DNA from: Camelus dromedarius
Lineage: Eukaryota
Direction: 5' to 3'
Assembly: GCF_036321535.1 (NCBI RefSeq)
Contig: NC_087472.1
Coordinates: 99,388,001 to 99,452,000 of the forward strand
Length of the DNA stretch: 64,000 bases
Numbering within the stretch: the first letter of the stretch is position 1; every line of letters begins with the position of its first letter. The notes beneath the pieces are model-generated. The model was not told the origin of the DNA. It did not search any database and saw only the letters and a program-made list of their open reading frames with translations. The translations under genes were made by a program, and so were the position numbers. Positions 49,943 through 62,405 of the stretch are shown one piece after another.

Positions 49943-50656
49943 TTTTTTTTTGTATATTTTGTTGTGTCAATTTCTGGTGTACAGCATAATGTTTCAGTCA
50001 TACATATGCATATATATATATTCCTTTTCATATTCTTTTTCATTATAGGTTAATAATATTGAATGTAATTCCCTGTGCTATACAGTAGAAACTTGTTGTT
50101 TATCTATTTTATATATAGTAGTTAGTATCTGCAAATCTCGAACTCCCAATTTATCCCTTCCCAACCCCTTTCCCCCCTGGTAACCATAAGTTTGTTTTCT
50201 ATCTCTGTGAATCTGCTTCTGTTTTATAAATAAGTTCATTTGTGTCTTTTTTTTCTTTTAGATTCCACATATAAGTGATACCATATGGCATTTTTCTTTC
50301 TCTTTTTGGATTACTTCTCTTAGAATGACAATCTCCAGGTCTATCCATGTTGCAGCAAATGGCATTATTTTGTTCTTTTTTATGGCTGAGTATTATTCCA
50401 TTGTGTACATATATACCACAACTTCTTTATCCAGTCATTTGTCAATGGACATTCAGGTTGTTTCCATGTCTTGGTTATTGTAAATTGTGCCACTATGAAC
50501 ATTGGGGTGCATGTATCTTTTCAAATTAGAGTTCCCTCTGGATATATGCCCAGGAGTGGCATTGCTGGATTATATAATAACTCTCTTTTTAGTTTTTTAA
50601 GGAACCTCCATACTGTTTTCCATAATGTCTGCACCAAACTACATTCCCACTGACAG
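49943..50656 (-). mobile_element. 5'-truncated L1 3' end
   Basis: Same subfamily as 6369-7100; poly-T; TSD ttaatacattgtctt/ttaacatattgtctt at 49928-49942/50657-50671. Confidence 0.9.
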
Positions 50657-50759
50657 TTAACATATTGTCTTGAAAGTATCAATTTACTTGATAGACTCTT
50701 CCAAAAATCTTACTGTTTCTCTTTGCATACTAAGCACCTAGAAAATCATTGCATGGCCA

Positions 50760-51135
50760 GAAAGGAAACTCAAATCTTCCTTCCCAAATCTGGTCTAGTT
50801 CCAAACTTTCTCATTTCAGCAAATGGCTTCTGGCTCAAGCAGAAAATCTGAGAATCATCTATAATGGCCACATCTCTCTCCTTACTACCATCAGCCTCCA
50901 GTCCCCTCCCAATCCAGTTCATCATCAAGTCATGCCTGGTCTACATTCACGATGTACCTGAAAAGAATTCATTCTTCTCCATTTCCACTGCCACCATTTT
51001 GACCCACATGACCATTGTCTCTCACCTGGATGATTACAACAAACTCCTAACTCACCTCTCCTTTTACACTCTTGCTTATTTTCCACCTGTTCTCCATAAA
51101 GCAATCAGAGGAATCTTTTTTAAAGCATAACCAGA
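50760..51135 (+). mobile_element. L2 fragment (continues 51792-51900)
   Basis: catcaagtcatg...ttctccatttccactgccacc...tctcacctggatgattacaac. Confidence 0.75.
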
Positions 51136-51137
51136 TA

Positions 51138-51789
51138 TAGCGGATTCTTGTTATTCACAGTAGTTATGTTCTAGACATTGCTATTAGCACTGAATTTGCA
51201 AAAACTGAAGCATTGCTCCTAGGGGAAATACACACTTAGGTTCCTGTGAGCCTCTGGTCATATTTTCATCAACCAATCAATCCACAACCTTATTTAATGT
51301 GTGTTTATGTTGAAAGACACCTTATTTAACTTATATTGTTGGTTCGTTAACATTAAACTCCCAGCTAACAGCACTGTAACTCATAACAAAGGAAGCTTCT
51401 CTGACACACATATTTTTACCATAAAGCATATCACAGCTTTTTAGCGCTTAGAGACACTGGAAAGCACTTAAGCACTAGCTTGAGAGCGATTTTAAACAAC
51501 GAAATCATCAACAAAAAAAATCACAAAAAGTTGAAAAAACATGGCACTAAATATACCGCAAGAAGGCCACTTGTTTACAGTATGAGAGCTGGAACAAGAA
51601 GGCAGAGTGTTGCCTTATTTGACTTCAGCTGAGAACATGCATGTCATGCAAATCAAACTTTTCACCTCTCTGCACATGTCCATGGATGACTGATAAAGCA
51701 CCCAGAATCTTGATTTGTAGCTTGCAGATAAATTTTGGACCCTACCAGAATTCACAAGTACAGAACCTGTGAATGGAGAGGATTGACTG
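51138..51789 (+). mobile_element. TcMar-Tigger MITE (MER82-like)
   Basis: TA TSDs; TIR-like ends gattcttgttattcacag / gtgaatggagaggattgactg; ttgctcctaggggaaatac. Confidence 0.8.
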
Positions 51790-52149
51790 TATGTCACTCC
51801 CTTGATTAAAATTCTTCAGTGGTCCCCAATACTGCTTGGGGGGGAAATGCAAAAATTTTAATATTCTCTCCAAAGCCCTGCTTGATTTGCGCCCTCATCA
51901 TCTTGCCCACCCTCCCCATTACATCTTTGTTTCCTTGTGATAATAGCATAATCCGTAACTACGTGTCTTATGTATTTCTTTAACATCCCTCTTGCCCACT
52001 GGCTCCAAGTTTCATGAGAGATAGGACTATGAAGTTTTGTTCCACATTGTGTATCTTGCGCCCATCCCAGAGTCCAGTTCACAGCAGACAACAACATGCA
52101 GCCACCAAGAAACCAAGAAAAGGTAGCTATGGCAGGCACTTTTTGTGCT

Positions 52150-52615
52150 CTGCACCATGGCCCCTCAGCCCATCTCTGATTTCCACTTTAGCTGTGTGGA
52201 CAGAACCATGCAGGCTACACGTGTTTGCACCTCATGACTTTCCACGGTTCTAGGCTTTTTTGCCTCAGGACTTTTTCCAAAGCTTTGTCCATGTCTGCTT
52301 CCTCCAAGGGCAGTCCAAAAGCACAGTTAGGGTGGGGGGTGCACTTACCGTCTCAGAGAAAACCCTCAACCAATAAGGAATGAGGGCGGATAAATGCTCC
52401 AGTGTCCAACACTGAGAAGACATTTCTGAGGTTCATTCTGTACAGTTTCTCAAAGGGTCCCCAGCGGCGTTGAGTTCAGTTGCCCACAGGAATAACCAGC
52501 CCAAGAAGGCACATGTAATTGGTTCTTCCTGCTTCCTGTGACCATCTCCCAAATAAGCTACCTGCACCCAAGTCTGTTTTCAGGGTCCACTTTTGAGAGA
52601 AGCCAAACTAAGAGA
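52150..52615 (+). mobile_element. ERVL LTR (LTR16A-like)
   Basis: aaccctcaaccaat...agggtccccagcgg...agttgcccacag...ctcccaaataagctacctgcacccaagtc. Confidence 0.65.
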
Positions 52616-54659
52616 GTGATGGACATACATTCTTCCTAGCATCTTTTGAACAATTAGCATTACCCCCATGATACAAATGGGTTCTGTTTTTGCAACAGAA
52701 CTGAAACAGAGGCTATGGCAAATTCAGGACAGTGGAGATAGTTCAGTAAGCTGGAGAAAGGAGAACAAAAGGAACTGTAACAAGAGATCAGACTGGAGGG
52801 GAAGACAGAGGTCAGATGAAGGGACGAGGCCTCACAGAGTTCGCTTCGTAACTGCAAACGAACTCCAGAGAGGGCAGCAAGAGGGGCATGTCGTGCGCTC
52901 ACTGTATCCGTGGGGATTGTTTTCTCCTCAACTACTGATTATGCTTCTTGGCCAAAAAGACTGACAAGAGAGTCTTGGAGAAGTTGATGTAACTTCAGAG
53001 AGAAGCCCCAGAAACAAGGAATGGGTAGGGCATTTACATCTTTGGAGTAAAGATACACTATTTGATGTGAAGAAAATGAAAACTTTAAGGAAACTTTTGT
53101 GGGCTTGTGAGGCAACGTCTGAGCTAACAGATAGAAAGAGATGTCAGAGGGGGCCTTCCACGCACTTATGGGAAGGCCAAGAGGAGAAGCTCTAAGTGGG
53201 TTTGCTAAACCCAGGCATTCCTGTGGGCACCCAACTGGGAAAGTCGAGGAGAAAAGGACTGAAAATGAGCTAGAATTGGTCAACGGGAACTTAGGAAATC
53301 TGTATAAACCAACACAGACTTGTTTCTCTGTGCTCCAGGAGGTGTATAGGCAATGCTAAAGAACTGAAAAGGCTAGTATTCAGCCCAATGAGATCAATTT
53401 GTTTGGACGCTCTGACCTCTCATAGCCCAGCATCAATGCCCAGAGTTCTGACTTTTGATTACAGTGACTTACTGCATCATCATTTGGCAAACTCCAGTAC
53501 CTTCCCCTTGTCTGTTTGAAATTAAGCCAAATGTCAGTGGTCATTTACCAGTTAGAAATGAAATGAGGGAAACTAGTAAATGATGGGAAAATAACGAGCA
53601 AATAGAAAGTGTATAAAAGACTTTTGCATAATGCAAGAGAGGAATCTGCTAAAGTGGGGGAAATTCTATTTAAAGAGATTATTTGTAAAATACTAGTTCT
53701 GTCCTTCCTATTCCCAGAATTAGGGGCTTCCCAGATAGACCCACTACGATTTTTTTTTTAATCTTTCTTGACTCTAATAAAAGCGTGTTAGTGCATTCTC
53801 TCTGTGAGCACAGGCACCATCCTCCCTCATTAGTTCATTCGCTGGTTTTCTTAATAACACTATTGCACCACATTTGGAAAATCCCAGCGTATGGGCTGCA
53901 CCATCAAATCAAGCCTTTATGTTTTTCTGAAACCCTCACAAAGTGCTTTCCATTAAGTAGTGTTTGCTGAAAATTATACCATTATCAAGCCTTTCCACCT
54001 GGTGAGAATGGCAGCCATCGCCAAGCTGCTGTGACAGCCCTGTTCTCTTCCCTTTGTGACAGTTCACACTTGCAGCAAGAGCAGGAGCCACTGCAAGGAC
54101 TGTCTTAGCAGACTGGCATTTTATGTAGGATTGTGCCCGATTAGTCCTACCCTCGCATCTCCTCTGAGAACCAGAAGTCTGACCTTTACTTCGGGAGAAA
54201 GTTCATATCGAGTTGACACCTTGTTTAAGAAGTGTAATTGGGATGATTGATTTGGAGAATTTAAGTGAAAACTATTAGTGTTTGAATTACATTCACTCCT
54301 TTAAAGGTCAGGTCCTCTTTTTAAAAAAAAAAAGAAAAAAAGTCTGAAATCCTCATCTCTCACTTCACCCCAGCACTTTTCCTCCAGGTGCCACCTGTCA
54401 AACAGGGTCGGACGCAATGGCCTTTGTTGGTATCGGTGGCAGTACTTACAGTCAGTTCCTTGTTGCCAGAAGCAACTTCTGTGTCCTGTCCACACACTCC
54501 CTACCCAAGCCAGATGTTTCCAACTCAGCGTTCAAGCTTGGTCACCTGACTTTGACATTTGCCTTCAGAGTAGTCGTCTTTGAAGCCCCTTCGCTTCAGA
54601 CAGAAAATCATTTTGGAATTAAACTTCTTCCTAATTTCTTCCTCACTATCTCATTCCTT

Positions 54660-54870
54660 TTGACAATTTTATGATGCTGTACAGGTTTCTAAGCGCTTCC
54701 TATAAGCTATTTCACATGTTTCTCTCTATAATCTGTAAACAGGTATGGCAGATTGTACTTGTGAGGAAACTGGGATGTACAGGGGTGCAGTAATTTGGCC
54801 AGGGACTCACACATAGATGATAGGGAAGGGACTTAGACCCAGGACTCCTGTTACCTAACCCAGCACCCTA
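54660..54870 (-). mobile_element. MIR SINE
   Basis: gtgaggaaactgg...gtaatttggccagggactcacac. Confidence 0.55.
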
Positions 54871-55019
54871 ACAACTATGGCCTCCTTGCTCAGCCATGAT
54901 TTTCCGTAAGGAGCCACACTTGTAGCTCCTGATCATTTGCTTGAACTTTCTTGGGACTGCTGTCTTTGAGATTGGTGTCCCCTTGGCTCTACCTGTCTCA
55001 TCTCTAACCACCATGTACA

Positions 55020-55465
55020 AATGTGTAGCAGATGGTATCAGAGCCTTGCCTCCATCCCCTTGGAATGCACCATTTCTATACATCCTGACCCAGTGATTCC
55101 CAACTACAAGCACCTGTGACTCGGCCTGGAGGCTTTCTTGGACTGCTGGCGCCCTCTCAGCCTCTGTAGGTAGTTAATGCCTTCCTCCCCACAACACACC
55201 CAGAAACAGCTCTCAGCCGATGGCTGATGGAAGTTGGTGGGTAAATTCCCCAGCTCTTACCTCATTGGTAGAATCTGAAGCATATGCGTCATCACCTCCC
55301 ATTGTTTCTCGGGTGCACTGGTCAGTATGCTGTGCAATAATGTCCCTTCCACTGGCTTCTTGTAGGACTTCCCTACCAGTGCTTCCTGGGACCACCTGCC
55401 ACACAAACTACTTGCACTCAAATTCTGTCTCAAAGTCTGCTTCTGAGGGAACCCAAAGTAAGACA
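55020..55465 (+). mobile_element. ERVL LTR (LTR16A-like)
   Basis: cagctctcagccgatggctgatgg...aaactacttgcactcaaattctgtctcaaagtctgcttctgagggaacccaa...agaca. Confidence 0.7.
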
Positions 55466-57239
55466 ACATGTATGCCCCCTCATCCCAACTTGACTCCCTG
55501 GTTGGGATTCCCAGCCTTTGGTATGAAGAAGCAATTCTTCTCAAAAACGTCTCCTTAGCCTCAAACAACTGCTTTCACCTTGATGACCAACTCCCAGATT
55601 GATCCTAAGTCCAGCCATTCCCATGCCTTCCTCATATCCTATATCCAGGTGTTCTAAACACGTCTCCTGTTCCTGCACCCTCTGCCCTTAGTGCCTCATA
55701 CCTCCATCACCAATGCCATAGCCCCGTGAATTTCTGGAGTTCAACTGGTTGGATGTTTGTTATGACCCAGATAGATGAGGATGTATTCTAGAAGAAACAG
55801 AAGACAGAGATGGACGTGTGAATGCGGGACTAGCAGAGGATTCTGTATGCCTGGAGAGTTCTGTATGGCTAAGGAGAAGCGAGGGCAGGCTGTGACAATG
55901 CGGGGAGCAGAGATTACATATAAAAGGACCGAGCATGCCCTGTGAAGAAGTTTAAATTTTATCCTGAGGTCAACCAGTCAGCCCTAAAAGATTTCAAGCA
56001 GGAGAGTGCCAAATTTAGATTCATATTAAGAAAAATTACTCTGAAGGCTCTGTGGAGGGTAGACTGGAGTAAACTATTATCTTAAATCAGATAATAGATG
56101 GAAGAGCACGATGTAAACTGTGAAGACGATTCCAAGTGAAATACTTTGAGTCCTGAGGTAAATTACCCTCGGAGCCCCTGTTTACACAGGTCAGTGCCCT
56201 CTTCTAGTCCCTCCTCCAGCCAAAGCTGGGACCACTGACGGCAGGAGGCAGCGGTGGATTTATTCCATCAACATTTATTCAGTACCTGCTACGTTTGGCA
56301 TTGGGATTGTGTTCGGGGTGTATAATATGTGGCCTCTTCTTTAGTAGAATTCCCTATGCAGCTTCCAGAACTTGCAGGCCCTGCAGCCACCCACATGTCC
56401 CACCATAAGCCTAATTGCAGGACTTTGTAGTAGCCATTTCGAGGCTCTGATTACACTGCACCCAGTGACGGAAACTGGTGTGAGACCAAGAGAGGGCAGA
56501 AGATGGGACCAGTACCAGATGGGGAGAACACACATGACTATGACAAGTGGGAAGAAACGGAGAAAAGAAACAGAGGGCATGGTACGGCTGAATGTGGCCA
56601 CACTGTACACCCACAAGCACTCTATACACCTAGTCTCGTGTGGTTCAGACAACCACCCTGACAGCGAGAGACTCTTATCCCAGGTGTTGAGCACACATCT
56701 GGGAAGAGGCAGAGCTGGAATTTGAACCCAGAGTGGTCTACCACCAAAGCACATGCTGGTAACCACTATGGCTAATTTGAGATTCAAGCAGGCCTCTGCA
56801 CCTGGATGGGAAATGACCAGATGGGAACGTGCAGAGAATGTAGGGATGATTGGAAAAGCTGAGGCAGAGGGGCCTGGGGGCAGTCAACTCCAGGGAGGAA
56901 GCGTGGGGTGGGGATGGGTACATACTGCCATAGACTGACTACCTTTTGTGTGACACCACCATACTCATGTGAATTACCCAACTGTCATCCTGCAAAATAC
57001 CAAAATTCCTAAAACAACTCACAACACGGGTGGCTACTAGTTCTTACTAAAATCATTATTATTCCTTTAATTTTGCTGTACATTCTAGATTATTTATCCC
57101 ATATTTCCTAGTAACTTGTTGAAAAGTGGACATATACAAATAATTTTTGCATGGTTTTGCATTGACAACAGTTCAGGATATTATAATTAAAACAAAATGT
57201 TTACTGCGCTTGTGACTCTTTTTCTTCTAAAAGAAAACA

Positions 57240-57500
57240 TAATGCAGCTGAACGTAAATGAGATATATTTAAAAATTCAGTGACCATTTTGCCAACAGTA
57301 TAAATAATAACTAAACGGTGCATTGCCTTGAAGGAAACAAGAGCATTTGCTAACTTTGATGATACAAAAAATAAGTTATTTTTTTTCCGTGGATGATACT
57401 AATTCCCTAAATATAGCACAATGGTTTTGCGTTACAATATTCTGTATAATAGCTACTTTATAGCTAATATTTATTCTCTAAATATGACTCAGCACACAAT
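57240..57500. promoter_or_regulatory. Candidate enhancer motif cluster (E-box, MEF2, ARE/NF-E2)
   Basis: CAGCTG at 57245-57250, CTAAATATAG at 57407-57416 and ATGACTCAGCA at 57484-57494 in a repeat-free block; motif evidence only. Confidence 0.3.
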
Positions 57501-58374
57501 AGCTTTGGCTTTCAATATTCTTGGTAATGGTTATTTATGTCAGAGGGAATAAAGGTTATTATTTGATATAATCTCTGCATTATCTTTTCACATACTATTT
57601 TTGATTAAATGTTCCCTTCCAATATCAGAACTGACCTTTTACAGAAATCTCTACACCAGAGCAGAAATTGATCTCATAAGGCAAAGGGATATTAAATAAC
57701 AGAGCTTGTCAGGGATGTGCTATCGTATCCAGGTCTAGCATTTTGCTGCTTGTGGATGTTGCTACTTTCCTAAAGTTATAATTACCATTCATAGGTGAAC
57801 TCGTTAAGACGACGGAGAGGAAACACAAGTCAGTGAGGCTGATGAAAACCCAGACCTATATCAATAGTCATCCTGGCACACTTCTCAAAAATTGTGTCCT
57901 CTGCAAAAAAAAAGTTAAAAAATCAATGTAAGAGAGCTTCTAACTTAATCTACCCTCACCCTGAAGTGGGTTTGCTTTTAAAACAAGCTAGAAATGGAGA
58001 ATGGATTTGCACTGGGTGTGCCTCTGTGCATTTTTCTCCTCTGTCAATCTTTGTAGGACTTCATTTCTGGTGTGTTTTTCCAGGCTTTAGAATGTTTACA
58101 TGGCCCGTTCCATTTTTCTTGCCCTAGGGGGACAGAGAAGTAGACTGGCTAATTTTAGAAGGGATAAGAAGACTGTTATGCAAAATGTAGACAATGAGAA
58201 TATAACTTTTCTGAAAAAAAAAATCTGAAAAACCAAATTTAGATCTCATATTGTAAAAAGCAATATTTTCCATAACCTCCAGAGTGACAAAAATGAGAAA
58301 AGTTTCTTGATAAAAAGTTCTTTTTTTAAGATAGTACTGGGAAAAAAGCAACTACAAGTTGTGTAATAAATATA

Positions 58375-58447
58375 TAATTGACCCTTGAACAACATGGGTT
58401 TGTACTGCACGGGTCCACTTATAGATGGTTTTTTTTCAATAAATATA
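58375..58447 (+). mobile_element. Tigger2-like terminal fragment
   Basis: ttgacccttgaacaacatgggtttgtactgcacgggtccacttata. Confidence 0.75.
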
Positions 58448-58860
58448 CTAGATTGAGATGAGTTGATGATATCCAAGTGGGTTTCCCTCACCACTGACTC
58501 ATCATGTAAGCAGTGAATCTCTACCAAACTTGTCTTTCCATCTTTGTTATGAGAATTAAGCCTTGTGTTGGCCATCTCTGTAACAGAGATGTTTGATTCT
58601 CCAAATGAGCCCAGTCATCTTTGAACATTCAAATGACTAAAGTCAGAAGGTCAGTCAAATCGTGCTCTGAATTGCAAACTAAGTATCTTTTCCCACACCC
58701 CATCCCCCAAACACCCGCCGCTTATATTTTACAGTGTTTTCTCTAGCTTGGTAACTAATGGCTAGTGTTGTTAAATAAGATGTTTCCAGATCAATTTTAT
58801 AGGTTGCTAAGCATTTTTGAGCTACTAATAGGCTCTGAGCTCTGAAGGGTGATATGGAAT

Positions 58861-59012
58861 CTCGCTACTCCAAGTGGGTCCACCGACCAGAGGTATCAGC
58901 ATCCTTTGGGAGCCCATTAGAAATGCAGTTTGGGGCCCCTCCCCAGACCTACTGGATTGGAATTTGCAATTTGACACATTCCGCAGGAGATTCCTGTGCA
59001 CGTGAATGTCTG
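58861..59012. mobile_element. MER5A-like MITE
   Basis: ctactccaagtgggtcc...ttagaaatgcag...ccccagacctactg. Confidence 0.75.
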
Positions 59013-59559
59013 CAAAGCTCTCATCTAATAGACAGAGGAGAAACAGTTCCCACACAGGCACCAATGTGATAGGACCTTTCTGGAGGGAATTCAGGGAGAA
59101 GAGGGGTACTCAGAAAGAGACCTCCAAATCCACCCATTTGCAGACACATATGTTAAATAGAGGTCATAGCATTTCACTTCCCAATCAGAGATAAATTTTA
59201 AGAAAAGACAGCTCCTGGGAGAGGGAGGATACTGACTAAATTCTCACATGTACTTGCTTGATCTGGCTCCGCAGCTCTGGTTTTCCCCACCACCTTGGCT
59301 TGGCTTCCCAGGAATACTGAGAAAGACCTGTGCAGGGCAGATGGGGACAGACTGCAGTGCCTGAGCATTAGGTCCCAGGGGTTGGGCATGAGGTGGCTGC
59401 ACTCACACCCCACTCACATCCCAATCCCTTTTGAATCATAGGCCCCCAAATAGCTGCCTAGTTTGGTTAAAAAATAAAATACTCCTTCCTGGAGCTGGGA
59501 TTTCACCTGCCAAATTCTGAATCTGTCCTCCAGCATCTGCACACACCCTCAACAGGACT

Positions 59560-59830
59560 GAGTGTGTTTGCTAAAAGGAAGCAGGCTTTGGGTTAAGGTA
59601 CCAGCCCCATCACTTACTGTGTGGCCTTAGACAAATGATTTAATTGCTCTAAGCCTCACTTTCCACATCTGCAAACCCAGCTATGGTAATAGCTTCCATC
59701 TCCTGGAGTAATTGTGAGGGTTAAACAGGTTAATAGAAATAAAGCATTTTTAGCAATGCCTGGCACATAGTAAAAACTCAGTAAGTAACAGCTGCTATTA
59801 CTATCATCATTATTATAATTGCTATTATTA
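59560..59830 (+). mobile_element. MIR SINE
   Basis: cacttactgtgtggccttagacaa...gcctcactttccacatctg...atgcctggcacatagtaa. Confidence 0.8.
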
Positions 59831-60966
59831 TTACTATCATTACTAGAGATCTGCTTCTGATTGAACATGAATTAGCACTCTCTGGGCAGAGTTGTTTAAC
59901 CAGTTCCGTAGGCATACCATCCCCAACTGTTTTTCATCCAGTCCGTAATTCTCCATCTTATCAGGAAAAGGATATTTGTAAATCACTGTGACAAACAGGA
60001 CTAAAATCCAGTTGTAGTGTCTTAACGCAGGAACACGCCCCTAATCTGCCAGAGCACTAACCATCAGGGGACTCACCGGGCATGACTTTGTGATTCCACG
60101 CCGTTTCCCAGCCAACCTCTCTTCCCTGTCTAAATATCCATAAACCACTCAGTTTCATAATTCATTTTAGAGTTTTGAGTGAATTCAATTTCCGGTTTGA
60201 GATGAGAGTTTGGGAGAAATTTGGACATCTTCCCTTTTGTAGTCTGTGAGCTCTCCTCTTCCCCACAGTTGCTCAGAATTACCAGCAGTGGCTCAGCAGT
60301 TTCATCTGCATTTGTCTAAATTCTCTCAGATTGTCATTTTTCTGTGTCAGAAGGCATAAATCCATTTATAGCAGCTTGTGGCTCTCTGCTGATCCCCTCA
60401 CTTACTTCTGCCTTCAATTCCTCTTAACCAAATGCATCCTGACCTTCCACGTTCTCTCCACTGACCACTGGCATGACCCCATCAGACCCAAGCAGTCATG
60501 CTTAATCCCATTTTATTCTTTGTGAGCCAGGATAAATAAAAAAAACTTACCCCCAAAAGACTTAGCTTTTGTGGGTCAAACCTTGATTCATTTGAGGTTA
60601 AAATAGTTCTGATAATAATTTTACAAGCTTGTGTTTGTTCTTTTACAAATTAGAGAATGTTGATTGGGACTTTGGCCCTCAAGCTGAGGACAGAGAAGTA
60701 ATAAATAGCTCCACATTCTAAAGACAGATACGAACTACTGGAAGCAGTTACCCCACAGAATGGGCCCCACTCCTGTCAGTCGTCACACCCTGAAATGGGG
60801 GAGGCGCAATTCCCTCCAGTCTCTATAAACTGAGTATGGAGGAAGGAGTCACAGAAGTCCCCGGGGTAGTCGGTCTTCACACCTTCTTACACAGAGTGGT
60901 AAATGGGGTATTCCATCCCTTGCCCCTGGGAAAAGTGAAGAGGTGCCTGCAAGAAAAGTGGGCAGC

Positions 60967-61712
60967 AAAACCACGAGATACCGCTTCACGCAGGATGCTC
61001 ACAATCAAAAAGACAGACCGTAAACAAGTGTTGGCAAGGAAGCAGAAGAACTGAAACCCTCATATACTGCTGGTGGGAATGTAAAACGGTACAGCCACTT
61101 TGGAAAACAGTCTGGCAGTGCCTCAAAAAGTTAAACATGGACTTACCATGGGACACGGCAATTCTGCTCCTGGGTATATACCTAGGAGAAGTGAAAACTT
61201 ATGCTCACACAGAATTTGTATGTGAATATTTACAGCAGCATTATTCATAGTGGCCAAAAAAAGTAGAAACAAGCCAAATGTCCATTAATGGACAAATGGA
61301 TAAATAAATGTGGTCTATCCATACAACAGAGTATTATTCAGCGATAAAAAGAAATGAAGTACTGATACATGCTGCAACATGAGTGAACCTTGAAAACAGT
61401 GTGCTAAGTGAAAGAAGCCAGTCACAAAGGTAGATTGTTCTATTTATATGAAATGTTCAAAACAGGAAAGTCCTTTGAGACAGAAAGCAGACTAGTGATT
61501 TCCTAGGGTGGGGGCGGGGAGGAGAAGGTGAGGGAATTGGGGGGATGATGGTTAAGCAGGACAGGAGCTCTTTTTAAGGTGATAAAAATGTTCTAAAATT
61601 GGTTGTGGTGATGGTTGAAATATTCTGTGAATATATTAAAAAGCCATTGAATTGTACGCTATAAATGAGTGAACTGCATGGTATTGCAATGAAGCTGTTA
61701 GCAAAAAAATAA
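60967..61712 (+). mobile_element. L1MB-like ORF2 end + 3'UTR
   Basis: ctcatatactgctggtgggaatgtaaaacggtacagccactttggaaaacag...gctaagtgaaagaagccagtcac...aatgaagctgtt. Confidence 0.9.
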
Positions 61713-62238
61713 GAAGGAGGAGGAGCATTAGGAACACTGATTGCCACCCCCCCATTTCTGCAGCTGGATACTTGCTGAGAGGCAGAATCTGTAGGCCCAC
61801 TCTAGTGTACACATCGTAGCATGATGAGGAGTGATGGGAGTTTGGAGGCTTGTGTGAGCATGGAAGCTGGTACCTGCTTCTAGCCAGGAGGTATAGAACA
61901 CGGTAGAACAAGGTGGAGGCTAGAAGAGCCCCTCCCCCACTGCAGTGACACTGAAGGAAGCTGGCAGGGGACGTGCTTGCATGCCACAGACTGGCAAGGC
62001 AAGAATGAGGGCGTTTCCTACAGGCCATGGAGACGCTGAGGAAGAGGGTATCCGGGCTTAAGCATTCGTGCCTCCTCCCACTCAAGAGGGCTGCCTGCTA
62101 GACAAAGGATCCTCAGCAGCAAGAGGCTTGGGGCATGCGCCTGATGGTAGTATCTGAGGGAGAGGGAGGAAAAAGAGGCTGAACCAGATCTCCATCAGGG
62201 ACCTATATAGTGGGGAGACCCTCCATGGTCTTCTAAGA

Positions 62239-62397
62239 CAGTGCTTCTCAGCCTTACTGTGTCCCCAGGGATCATCTGGGCATGTTACTAAAATGCAGGT
62301 TCTGATTCAGTGAGTCTGGGATGGGGCCCTGCTGTTCCAACAGGACCCCAGGTCATCCAGATTCTGCTAGTCTGTGGACCACCTTGGAGTGCCAAAG
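62239..62397. mobile_element. MER5A1-like MITE
   Basis: cagtgcttctca...aaaatgcaggttctgattcagt...ggaccaccttggagt. Confidence 0.75.
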
Positions 62398-62405
62398 TCC
62401 TAAAT

